DNA from: Squalus acanthias | Taxonomy: Eukaryota | Reading direction: 5' to 3' | Assembly: GCA_030390025.1 (NCBI GenBank) | Contig: CM059433.1 | Location: 31,994,001 to 32,058,000 of the forward strand | Length of the DNA stretch: 64,000 nt | In this document: positions 37,343 to 49,456 of the stretch, one piece after another | Layout: each line of letters begins with the position of its first letter | Numbering within the stretch: position 1 is the first letter of the stretch | The notes under the pieces: generated by a model | Seen by the model: the letters and a program-made list of their open reading frames with translations, nothing else | Told to the model about the DNA's origin: nothing | Database searches by the model: none | Position numbers and translations under genes: made by a program

Positions 37343-39667
37343 ATGGAACGAATTCTAGTATTGCTCGCGGCAATCGGATGCGGATTGGCCTATCGAGGCC
37401 ACACCAAGGATGTCGTGGTGTTTCGATGCTCCGGGGACACGGCCCCCATCGCGGTGGATGGGACCGGAAGACGGGAGGCTGAGGAGACCACCACCTATTT
37501 CCACAACGGAAGGTGGCCAGGATGGCTGGGAACGAACTCAACGGAGTATTCCAGCACATCGGGTTTTGCCTACCAAGAGACTTCTTTACTGTGCCCCAAA
37601 GTAAGGATCATCGCACCCAGGATCAGCGTCACCGTCGGCAAACGGATTTGTTTGACTTGTAATGGGAATGTCCCATTGAGCCGATGGTGGTGGCTACGAA
37701 AGCTGAGCAAAAACATGAGGAACTCTTCGGTCGAGTGGGAGCGACTGGGTAATAATACCCATCGGACAATTACGGGGACAAACGGACAAGTGAGAGTCTG
37801 TTGGGACAAATGGTGGGAACCGGATGAGGGAATTTATGTATGTATGTGGGGGTCAAAGTACGTTTGCCCCAAAGGCATCTCCATATTTTTCATTAATCAA
37901 TGGCAGGATAATGGACAGGGGATGAGGTGGGATGCGAGCACCAGGGGGTGCGGAGCCCCATTCTCCCCGATCCCGGTAAATGCCACTGAACTCATTACGC
38001 GCCCACGCAAAGCCCCGCCCACGATTCCGGTGGTTCTAGCTAAGGAAGAAGGGTGCCCTAAAACCAGTAAGGGACCCGGGAATGGTTTGGTACTGGTCCC
38101 CACAGACCAGATACTATTCCAGGGGGTACATTACGCGGTGGCCTCGGTGATTTTAAATCTCACCGAGGTACGGTTACCAGAGTGGTGCCCCAAAAAGACG
38201 GAACAGTTATATCAGGTCCTGTTAACCAAGATGTTCAGACAATTCTATGAGTTCGATTTCGCGGAAATTGATAAAACAAGTTTGTACACCGCACCACATG
38301 AAGTTTTGGATCAGGTGGGGAGGCAAAGAAGGGGTGTTGTGAACGACGTGTTCACTGCTTTCAACACAGGTACATCTGTGGTCAACGCTCTAGACAGCGT
38401 GGAGCTGCAGACCCAGATTAATGGCTTAAAAACGCAATTAAAAGACATTCTCACAGATGAAAATACGGTGGTTGGGTCTGGGTTACACGAGGACCAGGCC
38501 ATGACTCTCCATTTAAAAGAAATAATAGCTGAACTAGAGAAACACGCGAGAACGGTAAATGCCCTGATTAGGGAAGATCGGAATGCGTCCGATCAAGCTG
38601 CGCAGAATGAGGTGTGCGTGCTTTACGGGGCGTGGTTACTGGGCGAGGGCCGCAGTAATTTGGATGATTTAAAACAAGGTTTGGTCCCGTCCTGGATAAG
38701 TAACAAACACCTGCGGGCGCTCCACCCTTTTCAGAATGCATTAAGCCCGTGCCAGCTCAGGCTAGCTTCAGAAGCATACCCAGTCCCCGTGGACTGCGGA
38801 CGATCAAACCATACTATCATGGGTATAGTATTACGTATGCCGGTTTTGGGCGACACAGCAAAGCCCGCCCCGGTGTATCGGGTAGAGAACATTGGTGTCA
38901 TTCAGGGGGGGAGCCCACATTCGCTATGCAGCGGTTCCACCTTACGTCATCCGCTGGGAGCAAACGATGACAAATACCGATCTCTCTGTTTGTCGTGGCA
39001 GGGGAGCACACATAATACTGTGTCCCCAGCACTTGAATGCCTTTTTAACACCACAGTGCGGGTTCAGAACGGCTGGTGCCAAGTCCATGAATTGCACCAT
39101 GGAGTCAATGGCACAAGATCATGTGCCTCCGCAGGTAGCATACATCGGGGGTGGAACATATTGTGTTACCACTGCAGCACAACACTACCAGCATGGAAAC
39201 CGTAGCCGGTGTCCGGTGAGTGACAGCAGTTTCTGTTTCAAACCCAGGGCGGAAGTTCAAGTAGCACAACAGCGAATTGTCTTACCGTAAAAGAGAACTT
39301 CACCGACCTGCAGCGATTCATCGCGCATTTCGGATACCTCATTCCCCCTCTCCCTGAACACCTCACCAAGCTTTTGAAAGCCGTCGCGGTATCACAAAAA
39401 CATTTTTACACCCTAGAACAAAAGACTGTCGAGATAGGGACAGACATTCTGAACATAGTAATTCCACCGTGGTGGAATCTGTTCACCAACATTGAAGTGC
39501 CTTCCTGGATTAGAATAGCCTCCCACATTTTAGTTGTATGCCAAGTGTTTATTGTGATATACTTATTGGTCGTGCATTGTAAGAGAGGCAAACGCCTCAC
39601 CAAGAACGAAAACACGGGAGAGTGGCGAGAACGTTACGTGCGCGTGCACAATGAAAGCACCGTGTAA
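37343..39667 (+). pseudogene. env: Env: signal peptide, Ig-like domain, class I fusion protein, TM anchor; two frameshifts (G run 38905-38911 and ~39285)
   Basis: MERILVLLAAIGCGLA; C..W..DEGIYVC; RQRR|GVVNDVF followed by heptad repeat; Cys-rich region; TM 39515-39574. Confidence 0.85.
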
Positions 39668-40106
39668 TCAGAAAAATGGCGTCACTCCCGTTTGCCACGT
39701 GCGCCTCGGAAGCGTTGTGATCGATCGTGATTTTTTTCAGAGACTGTAATTACGTTTGGAACTCGACATGTTTAAGAGTTGGTTTTGATTATTTTGGTGA
39801 TGGTGTTGTTGTTGAATGTGATTGTTTGGTTTTGTTTTGTTTTTCTTTTCCCTGAATAAAAAATGTGAATATACAGGTGATACGAGAGGCATCGGCCTGG
39901 TTACGCCTGGAAGGAAAACAAGTGGTGTAAGTTTTAAAGGCAAATAATGCCTGCGGTGTTATAAGAATGTAATTTTCCTGGGAAATAAGGACGACGCAAA
40001 GACCCTAGATAGTTTAAGTTATGGGGATTTATTCTGGATCTGGAGAAATCGAGATAATATTGCTCACCACAATTTTTTTGATACGATAAGCGGAGTTATT
40101 CGCATC

Positions 40107-40118
40107 AACAGGAGGGAC
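40107..40118 (+). promoter_or_regulatory. Polypurine tract (short)
   Basis: AACAGGAGGGAC directly before the 3' LTR. Confidence 0.65.
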
Positions 40119-41762
40119 TGTAGAATTCACAATATAATCGCGATTTTATAAATAAGGAGAAAACACATAGTTTCGTTCAAACAGCTTTATTTCAGCAGAA
40201 TGCTGTCAGGTTTTCAAAGTGGACACAAGCAGCCTGTAAAATGGCCGCCATGCCTCGTGGCAGAACATTCTAGACTTTTCGATAAGTAGACAAGATGGCG
40301 TTCCAATAAACATTTGTGTGAGATCGTACAAGACTCAGCACATTTGAGATAAATCACAAGACATAATGGGTTTGCATTTTACACATAAATACTGGAATTG
40401 GTCTCCCAGGTGCGAATAAGGGCTATTGTACCAAGCGACCAAGAACCCATCCAAAGACATTAATATGCAAAATCCCCACGACTCTACGATGAGAGAGCCG
40501 TTTGCGGGTAGTTACAGAAACATTTGGAAGCCCCAAAAGCCCTCCAGGGAGAATACTGACCGGTTACACAATGGGAGAAGTATTAACGGGTACTCGGGCA
40601 GTTACAAGTATCACCGAAACCCATTAAACGGAGATCACCCTATACAAGAAGTTTGGGCGCCAAAACCCTAACAAAAGAAAAGACATTAAGATTGGGCGGG
40701 AAAAGAGGAATCACAGCACTATAACTGTAAAGGTACAACCGTCCATCTGTCTCTTGACGCTGTCTCTTGACTCCTTGCTGCTCGACTTGCTAGAAGACTA
40801 TCGAACTTTCTGATCCGCCAGGATCAGCTTCGTGGCTTGCCGCGAAGATCTGTGTGGAACTGGGCTGTGAAGCCTTGAAACGGGCGCACCATCCCGAGAA
40901 GTCGGTAAACGGTGTTGGAACCGAAGGCCCGAGATGAGATGAGATGAGATGAGATGAGAAGAGAAGAAGACGACCATACGTATCGCCACGGTCAGTAAGC
41001 CCCGACCGCGCCTGTAGGTCGAATAGACACTTTCCTTGCCCAGGAAGACTATCTTTTGAGTTTTACAGAACTGGCATCGGAAGACCATTCTTCGAGTTTT
41101 ATCGCATCGGGGCGAGGGCACAGGAGGACTATTTTTCGAGTCGTGTCGGAACTCCGAGGACGACACAGATCTTCATGACAGCAGACGGTCCAGCCTGCTA
41201 GCCGGAGCAGAAACGAGTAAACAAGTGGGGTACAGAGACCCCTGATCAACACGTGGGTGATCAGGTGCTGCGGTAAAAACATCCGAGCAGAGTTTTCGGA
41301 ATTCTCCGAGTTATCACGAGTGGTGAGCATGAGTCTCGATCCTACAAATCTAGTTTAGAGCAGGTATTGATAGGGGAGGGTTTAAGTTTTAAGGATAACT
41401 GTAATGTGTGCCCCCATTTACGATGTGTTGTTCGTTCCTCGTTTCCCTAAAATTAGTTACATAACTGCGTGTAAGATTGTACTGTCATTAATCTGTGCTT
41501 ATGACATGTATTTCGTAATCTTGAATAATATGCAATAAAGTTTTTCCATTTCGTACCATTCAACCGGGTCTACCTGAGTTTTCTCTCCATTATTGCTCTC
41601 GCATCTAAGTCCAGTGTCAGAACCGTAAGGGCGAGTGGGTCGAACCACTCACAGGTGTCTAGTGCTCCCAGACTGGCTGGAGACCAGAACAGGCAACAAG
41701 GCCTAACCTCGCACTAGCACCCAGGCTGAGCACACAGCCACAGGCGTGTCAAAACCCTTACA
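40119..41762 (+). repeat. 3' LTR (1644 bp)
   Basis: Near-identical to 27454-29102 and followed by TSD GCAG. Confidence 0.97.
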
Positions 41763-42419
41763 GCAGTATGAATAAGCTGTAGAGTTAAATAATCAGACAG
41801 CGTACATGATACTTGTGATCTTCCACGCACTCAAAAATAATATTTTTTTTTTGCCATTTTCTTCCTTTTTCTTCTGAATTCTTGTTGGGGTATAACTCCA
41901 AGGATGTTATCAACCCTTTCTCTATCTCACTTCAGTGGCCACCATCATGTATGAGCCTAGATAGTGACAGTTGGTTTCACTTCTTCGATCCTGCCCTCGG
42001 GCACAGACTATTTTCTATCACTGATTTTCCACCATCATTTCTTTCAACAAAAGAGACTATTCAGCTCCCCTGATTACGTATCTTATTTATGACTAGTGGT
42101 AAGTTACAACCAAATGGAGCTTAAATGAGCTGCAACCGCTTCACAATAGTGGTATGCAATTACAACAATACAGTCTATAAAGTTCCCTAATGCCCGACAC
42201 TCGGAAAATAGTTCCCTTTTAATTTGTTTGATTTTCTCTTGTACACTATGTCCCTATTCATAAACCCAAAATTTGTTGGCCATTCTTCTGGCATTATTTC
42301 CATGTACTCGCACTTTCAGGGTATTATGTATTTCAGGGGTTCTCAACCTTTTTGCTTCTGAGCGCCTCCCCCCCCCACGCCCCCATGTTATAAAAATTCC
42401 ACGGACCCCCGTAACACAA

Positions 42420-42710
42420 AACAACAACAACAATTTGTATTTATATAGTGCCTTTAACATAGTAAAACATCCCTAGGCACTTCACAGGAGCGTTATCAAA
42501 TGAAATTTGACACCGAGCCACATAAGGAGATATTAGGGCAGATGACCAAAAGCTTGGTCAAAAAGGTAGGTTTTAAAGAGCGTCTTGAAGGAAGAAAGAG
42601 AGGTAGAGAGGTTTAGGCAGGGAATTCCAGAGCTTAGGGCCTTGGCAGCTGAAGGCACAGCTGCGGATGGTGGAGCGATAAAATCAGGGATGCTCAAGAG
42701 GCCAGAGCAG
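42420..42710 (-). mobile_element. L2 3' fragment
   Basis: (CAA)n tail and match to the other L2 ends. Confidence 0.85.
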
Positions 42711-42734
42711 GCCCCTGGTTGAGAACTCCTGATA

Positions 42735-43235
42735 TATTTGAACCCCAGGTTTCTCTGCTCACACTCTTCATCATGTTTCCACTGAGTGTATAACCCCATT
42801 CCTTTGTTTCCTGCCAGAATATATTACCTCACACTTAACCACATTAAATTGCATCTTCTCTTCTGTGAATCTATGTCTTCCTGAAGACTTTTACAGTCTT
42901 CCTCATTGTTTGCCAAACGCCATACCGAGATTGTGTTGTCTATGCCCAAGTCTAAAGCATCTGTATATATCAAGAACCAAAGTAGACCCAGAACTGGCTC
43001 CTACGTATACCACTTACATCCCTTCTCCAAACTGAGCAATACCCACTTATCCAAACTCTTCATTTACGGTCTGTCGACCAACTTTCTCTTCATGATGCTA
43101 CATTTCCTCTTGCACCATATGCCTCAATTTTTCTAATGAACTCCTTGGCAGGCACTTATCGAAAGCCTTCTGATAATTTGTATACACTGCATGTACTGCA
43201 TTTCCTTTATTTATCGAATCAGCTACCTCTTCAGA
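42735..43235 (-). mobile_element. Old CR1 RT fragment
   Basis: Degraded similarity to 4130-4450. Confidence 0.5.
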
Positions 43236-45203
43236 AACTCATCGTCTTGGAGACATTTATTTGGAGGGGATTCAATATTTCTCATTCAACTGTCTAATGT
43301 AGTTGAAGCTTTCTTCTTACACAGCTTCCCCAAAGAGTAATATACATGCATTCTTCTACATTACATTACAGAATTTTCAACTTTTACTTGCTAAGTTACC
43401 ACAGAATATTGTTCTAGTTAGACTTGCAAACCTGGGGGCACGTGATGGACGAAAGATTGGAAGTTGAATAAATATAAAATGCAAAAGGTCACTACTAAAA
43501 TGCCATATGGAAAACATTTAGTGATGTTTCTATATAGTCAACAGGAATGATGTAGTTTATGTGATTGACTATGACTGGAGAATTGATTTTAGATTTGCTT
43601 TTCCCCACATTGCTTTCCATATAGCTTTTCAGTTGCAACAGCATCTCATCTGTCACCTAGTTCACTGCCTAATATGACAGGTGTTGAACTAAATGAGATA
43701 TGTTACATGTGAGAAAGAGAAAATGGTTCTACTTTATGGACCAGCTTTATCACTTTGCTTTGTCATATTCTCCATTGTCCAATTATGCCACTCCTTCCTG
43801 TTGACTAGTTCTGTTATTTAATTCTGTTGAACAGTTGTGTCAACTAGTTTACATAGTTCTCTCACTTTATTTTATCTCTGCACTCTGACAACTAGAAGTG
43901 TCAACTCATTCTTACTCAGTTTCCTTTTCTTCTCCGCTCAACATTTGTCACTTGTCTAGTCCGGTCACATGGTTCCATCTTCTAGTTCAGTGATATGCTT
44001 CTCTTATCTAGTGTTGTCAACTAGTTCTGATATAGTTCTATCATGTTGTGATGCCAGGTCTTATTGTGTTATTGGTGGCATATCAACATGGTGTACATAG
44101 TTGGAATTAACCGCAGTAAGAACTAATGTCTCACAAAATTGACCCTGCTTGTTGTGAGCATGAAAAGGCTTGGGCAAAATGCAATAGCCACCAATGGACA
44201 AATGACACATTTTCTGCAGCCTAATCCTTATTTAACAACAAGTAATGGTGAACTCTGTGCTTAAATCCGAGAACACAAGTTTGCGATAGCAACACTCTCT
44301 AAGAGACCATTCCACAAGTAGGAGAAGCAGTTTGTGAAACTTTACCACTGGTATCCTATGCAAACATTTTGGATTAACACAGAATGTTGAAGTCCAGAGG
44401 GACCGGTAACTCCTTTGTTTACAGCATAAACATGGAGGTTTGGCTTTGCAGACCATCAACTTTTGTGGTGCAGCCTTAGTCAGGATCTTCTAGCAATCTG
44501 AATCTTGTAGTGTTGACTCTCTGCCTGCATTCTTTCAGGTGGTGAAGCCTGCCATGGAGAAATGTATTGTTGTAAAGTCCACTAATCTACAAGGATCTGG
44601 ATTATTAAGTGTCCAGGAGCAAGAGACAGGTTTCTCTACAAACCAGCAAATGCTGCTACAACAATTAAGCTTTCCATCCATAAACTTTGTAGAACACTTA
44701 TGCTGCAGACTGTGACAAGTTGAACTGAGCTTTATTGAGGATTCTTAGACCTGGGTATTCTGACTTTGTGCTTACCAGCCATCAATCTTCTGCCCATTCA
44801 CTTGTCTACCACATTTTCATCCACTTTTCTCAGTAAAAAAGAATGCATGAACACATTGGCATTTATGCCTTAATTTCACATCCTCAGAATGTCCCAAATC
44901 GCTTCACAGCTATTGCAGATATTTTGAAATGGGAGCTCGCTTTTAATGGAGGAGGCGGGATGGAGTAGGGTTGCCTGGTGGGTGGGTTTCGGACCCACTG
45001 CCAGTTTCAGCCGCTCCCTGTGTCCCATTTTGATGTAATTGGTCCAATTAGTCCCGTCGTGCGCGCTGCCTGCTGCAATGAGTTGGAGCAGGTTTGTTGG
45101 TCTGCACTGATGAGGTCTCTGCTGCACTTGTTTTTAAGGGCTCCCTGTAGCCTCAGCATCTCATTTCTCATTGCTGCTGCTGCTGGAAAGGGCCAGGATC
45201 ACC

Positions 45204-47560
45204 ATGAGCGCTGCCACAGGCAAGAAGGCTGCTCCTAGATTCAATGACGACTCCCTGCAAGCTCTTGTAGAGGGAGTAAGAGGGCGCAGGGAGATTCTCT
45301 TCCCTCCTGAAGGCCGCAGGAAGCCTCCTCAACAGACGAAGGCAGCCTGGCTCGAGATAGCTGAGGAGGTCAGCGCAAGGTCGCTGTGTGGATGCACCTG
45401 GCTCCAGTGCCGCAAACACTTCAATGATCTTATCCGAACATCAAAAGTATCACATCACACTTACCTTCACTCTGTCTCCCTTCTCTTCTCATCACCAGCA
45501 CTCTGCATTGTCATCCTGCTCCTCCACATCCCACCTTACCCTTACTTCCCTTGCACCCTTACCTTTCTATCTCTCTCTCTGTACTGAATCACTTCACCAT
45601 CCTGCTATGCAGCCCCTCACACTCGCTCTCACTGTTATGCAATGACAACAACAATGCACAGGGAGGCTCCTTCCTCTTGCCACCTCACTCCATCCTGGCC
45701 TCCCTCTAAGATTCTACCTTATGGATTCTTCACACTCACTCCATCACTCTCGCTGAAACTCCATTTGTGTTCCTCCTTGCAGGAAAAGATAGCCCACAAT
45801 AAGAGAGAGAGAGCCAAGACAGGAGGAGGCACACCATCACTCGTCACATTAGCTCTACGCTGACGAGGCCGCTCACGCATCATGGGAGGTGGCAAGGAGC
45901 TGGAAGTGGGGGACGGAGAGATGGGCGCACTAGAGGAAGTTGGTGACAGAATGCATTTTCATCCCTCGCATTTGCAATTCATGATTGACTGCAATGGCAT
46001 ATATTGCTCATAGAGATTAACTTCTGATCAGCTGCACAATAGGATGTGTCTACCTCCAAATCTGATGTCTAACTCATGCTTTTACGCTCCCACAGGACCA
46101 TCGAGAGCCCCCTCCCCACAGTCCAGGAGGAAGAGCCGTAAGACTCCTCAGAGGAACATGGAGTCTCTGAGGGAGCAGCATCACCAGGACTCAGCACACC
46201 CAGCACTAGCACAGATACGCACACCCCGGTGGATCCTTTGCAACATAGAGTAGTGTTTTCACCTGGTGTATCACAGCTCACAAGTGAGCATCAGCAGATG
46301 CTGGAGGCAGCGACAACAGTGGAGAGTCCTCATCGGAGGTCACAGCTCAGCTCAGCTGCATGTTGACGCTGTGCCTCTGGGGCCATCAGGAAAGAGACAG
46401 ACAGACTTGCATTTATATAGCACCTTTCACGACCACCAGATGTCTCAAAGTGCTTTACAGCCAATGCAGTACTTTTGAAGTGCAGTCACTGTTGTAATGT
46501 GGGAAACGCAGCAGCCAATTTGCACACAGCAAGGTCCCACAAACAGCAATGTGATAATGACCAGATAATCTGTTTTTGTTATGTTGGTTGAGGGATAAAT
46601 ATTGGCCAGGACACCGGGGATAACTCCCCTGCTCTTCTTCGAAATAGTGCCATGGGATCTTTTTCGTCCACCTGAGCGAGCAGACAGGGCCTCAGTTTAA
46701 CGTCTTATCCGAAAGACGGCACCTCCGACAGTGCAGCACTCCCTCAGCACTGCACTGGAGTGTCAGCCTAGCTTTATGTGCTCACGTCCCTGGAGTGGAC
46801 TTGAACCCACAACCTTCTGACTCAGAGGCGAGTGTGCTACCAACTGAGCCACAGCTGACACTGTGCATGAGAGCAGTGCTGGAACTCCAGGAACAAGTGC
46901 AGGAGTCTCTGACAGTGTTTGCATCCAGGGTAACTACGAGTGTGGAGAGAATGGAGGACTCCATCTCAAACATGAGCACTGCCTTTTTGGAGGCAATGGC
47001 GCATGAACGTGTCGCCATGGAGAGGGTGGCAACCTCCTTGGAGGACATAAGTCGCCACACTCAACAGAGCATGGTGACTCTTCTAAATAGATGGTCTGCT
47101 ATGGAGGATAGATTGGCATCTATTGTGGAGAGACACCAGAGGTACATGGACGTTCCCGTTATGAGGACTGTCAGTACTGAGACGGGTCCTCATGGCCCCA
47201 CTGAGGTGCAGCAGGTTGCGCTCCAGCCACTTGCTAGCAGTGAAGTGCGGGTGACCCATGAGAGGGATGTTGGTGGCAGATAACAAGAAAATGTGGGCTC
47301 CTCTCCAAACGCTCACATGACCATGCCACTGCGGAGCCCCTCGGTCAGAGCCCCAGGTTCCTCACCCAACTGAGATGGCCGTCTCAGCCCCTGCACAGCC
47401 ACAGGAAGAGCAGACTGTGGAGGAGCCCTCACAGGCTCTCAAACCCAGAGGATACCCGCCAAAGGCATCTAAGCAGGAGCAGCATCAAAGGGAGCAAGGT
47501 GCTGAAGCCACAGGGGAAGAACCACGTAGGAGCACACGTAAGAGGAAGTTAAAGCACTAA
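45204..47560 (+). pseudogene. Harbinger Myb/SANT-like DNA-binding protein gene (spliced, degraded)
   Basis: Exon 45204-45446 APRFNDDSLQALV..AWLEIAEEV..WLQCRKHFNDL; GT-AG intron 45447-45782; exon EKIAHNKRERAKTGGG; basic C-terminus RRSTRKRK. Confidence 0.8.
46406..46860 (-). mobile_element. DeuSINE/SacSINE1-like SINE inserted in the Myb gene
   Basis: Full copy with a tRNA-like head on the minus strand. Confidence 0.85.
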
Positions 47561-47848
47561 TAGTCACAAGGGTAGTCACTTGGGTGTTTTATAGTGTTGT
47601 TAAATATCGAGTGTCATCCTTTTATGATGTAATTAAACAAAAGTGATGGCAAAGAGTTGACGTTCTGGCCTATGTGTTGTGGGAAATGGAAGTTCAAGAG
47701 TGAGGGCTCAGGGCTAATTCCCTTTATAATGATGGTGGTGAGAGTGAGCGGACATCACCATTTATTGGACAGATGATGCATGAGGTTTTGAGAATGTCGG
47801 CCATACATTCACCTCCATCTGCCAGCCACCTGTGTTTGAAGCGTAAGC

Positions 47849-49106
47849 TTATGCGAATCTGGCATGGATGAGTGCTTCCCTTGCCAGATGGCCAGCAATG
47901 TGGAAGCATGCAGCTGCATTGGCTACATCTGGTCCCACAACGCATGGCTCCCCGTCCTCCTCCTCATGCTCCTCCTCGTCCTCCTCCTCGTCCTCTTCCT
48001 TGTCCTCTTCCGCTTCTTCCGAGGAGTGTGTGTGCTGAGCCATTTGTTCATCCGGCAGCACTAAGCCGCGCTGCTGTGCGATGTTGTGCAGGGCACATCA
48101 GACCATGATGATTCTGGACACCCTCGCTGGTACATATGCAGGGATCCACCAGATCTGTCCAGGCATCGGAAGCGCATTTTGAGCAAGCCGATGGTTTGCT
48201 CGATGATGCTTCTGGTGGATAAGTGACTCAGATTGTAGTGCTCCTTAGCCTTGGTTGGTGGCCTCCTCATCGGTGTCATGAGCCACTTTTTCAGGGGATA
48301 GCCCTTGTTGCCAAGTAGCAATCCGCAAAGTTGGGTTGGCGGATGGAAGAGCTAAGGCACAGTAGACTGGCGCAGGATGAAGGAGTCATGGCAACTGCCA
48401 GGGTATTTAGCGCAAACATGCATGATTCTGTGGTTACACACCAGCTGGACGTTCAGGGAGTGGAATACTTTGCAGTTGACAAATACAGCTGGTTGTGATA
48501 GGGGGCACTAATGGTTACATGTGTGCAGTCTATGACGCCCTGCACCATTGGCAAGCCTACCATATTGGCAAAGCCAACCGCACGCGCGGTCACACTTGGG
48601 CCATGGAGAAGTGGATGTAATTGTGGGCCTCTGCAAAGAGGGCATCGGTGACCTGCGTGATGCAGGTGTGCCGGCCGACTGGGACATGCCGCTGATATCT
48701 GCAGCTGATCCCTGGAGGAGACTGAAGCAAAGAAGTTGAGGGCAGTGGTGACTTTGACAGCCACTGGTAAGGAGTGTCCACATGCTCCTCTGGGCTCCAG
48801 GTGTTGGTGCAGCATTGTGCAGATGTCAACGACTACGTCTCTCGAAAGTCTCAGCCTCCTTTGGCACTGCTGCTCAGTCATGCTGAGGAAGCTGATCCTC
48901 TGCCTGTAAACCCTGTGTTGGGGGTATCTCCTGCGGCGTGGTGCAGCCCTGCACTGATGCCCTCTGCCCTGTGCAGCATCAGGTGGGTGAGGAGGAGGTT
49001 GGCACTCCTGGTGCTGGTGCTGCTGTTGTGGCTTTTTGTGGTGCTGGCGTGGCTGCTCTTCTTCCGAATCTGAAGACCAGGATGAGAGGATATAAATGGT
49101 TCCCAT
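47849..49106 (-). pseudogene. Harbinger (HARBI1-like) DDE transposase, frameshifted
   Basis: [42 protein letters not shown] and [15 protein letters not shown]. Confidence 0.9.
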
Positions 49107-49456
49107 ACCGTTGCTATAGATTTCAGTTGAGGCAAGAAGCTTGCAAGTGCACAGTCAAAGTGGCCTGAGATTATTCCAATCAGGTCACACTGCAGATGGC
49201 TGTCAGCTTGAACAGTCAAGGTCAGTAGAGTTGCAAAATCTTATCCCAAACCTCGAACAACAAAGTTGTGACATTTGAATGTCAGCCATGTTGCAGGAGT
49301 GCTTTTAAAGTGCTGCACCAATGACAACAAATCATATCCTCGAGAAACCCGACTCATTGCAGCGGCCGTGTTTCTCAGAAGACGGGAAACAGGAGCCAAA
49401 AGCACCAAAATCGGAATCGTAGTTTAAAATAGGATTAGCAAGGCACTTAACAGGCT

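Larger units (their letters stand above)
27454..41762 (+). mobile_element. Full-length endogenous retrovirus-like provirus (lokiretrovirus-like): LTR-gag-pol-env-LTR
   Basis: Paired TG...CA LTRs, 4-bp TSD GCAG (27450-27453 and 41763-41766), PBS, PPT, gag, PR-RT-tether-RH-IN and env. Confidence 0.95.
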
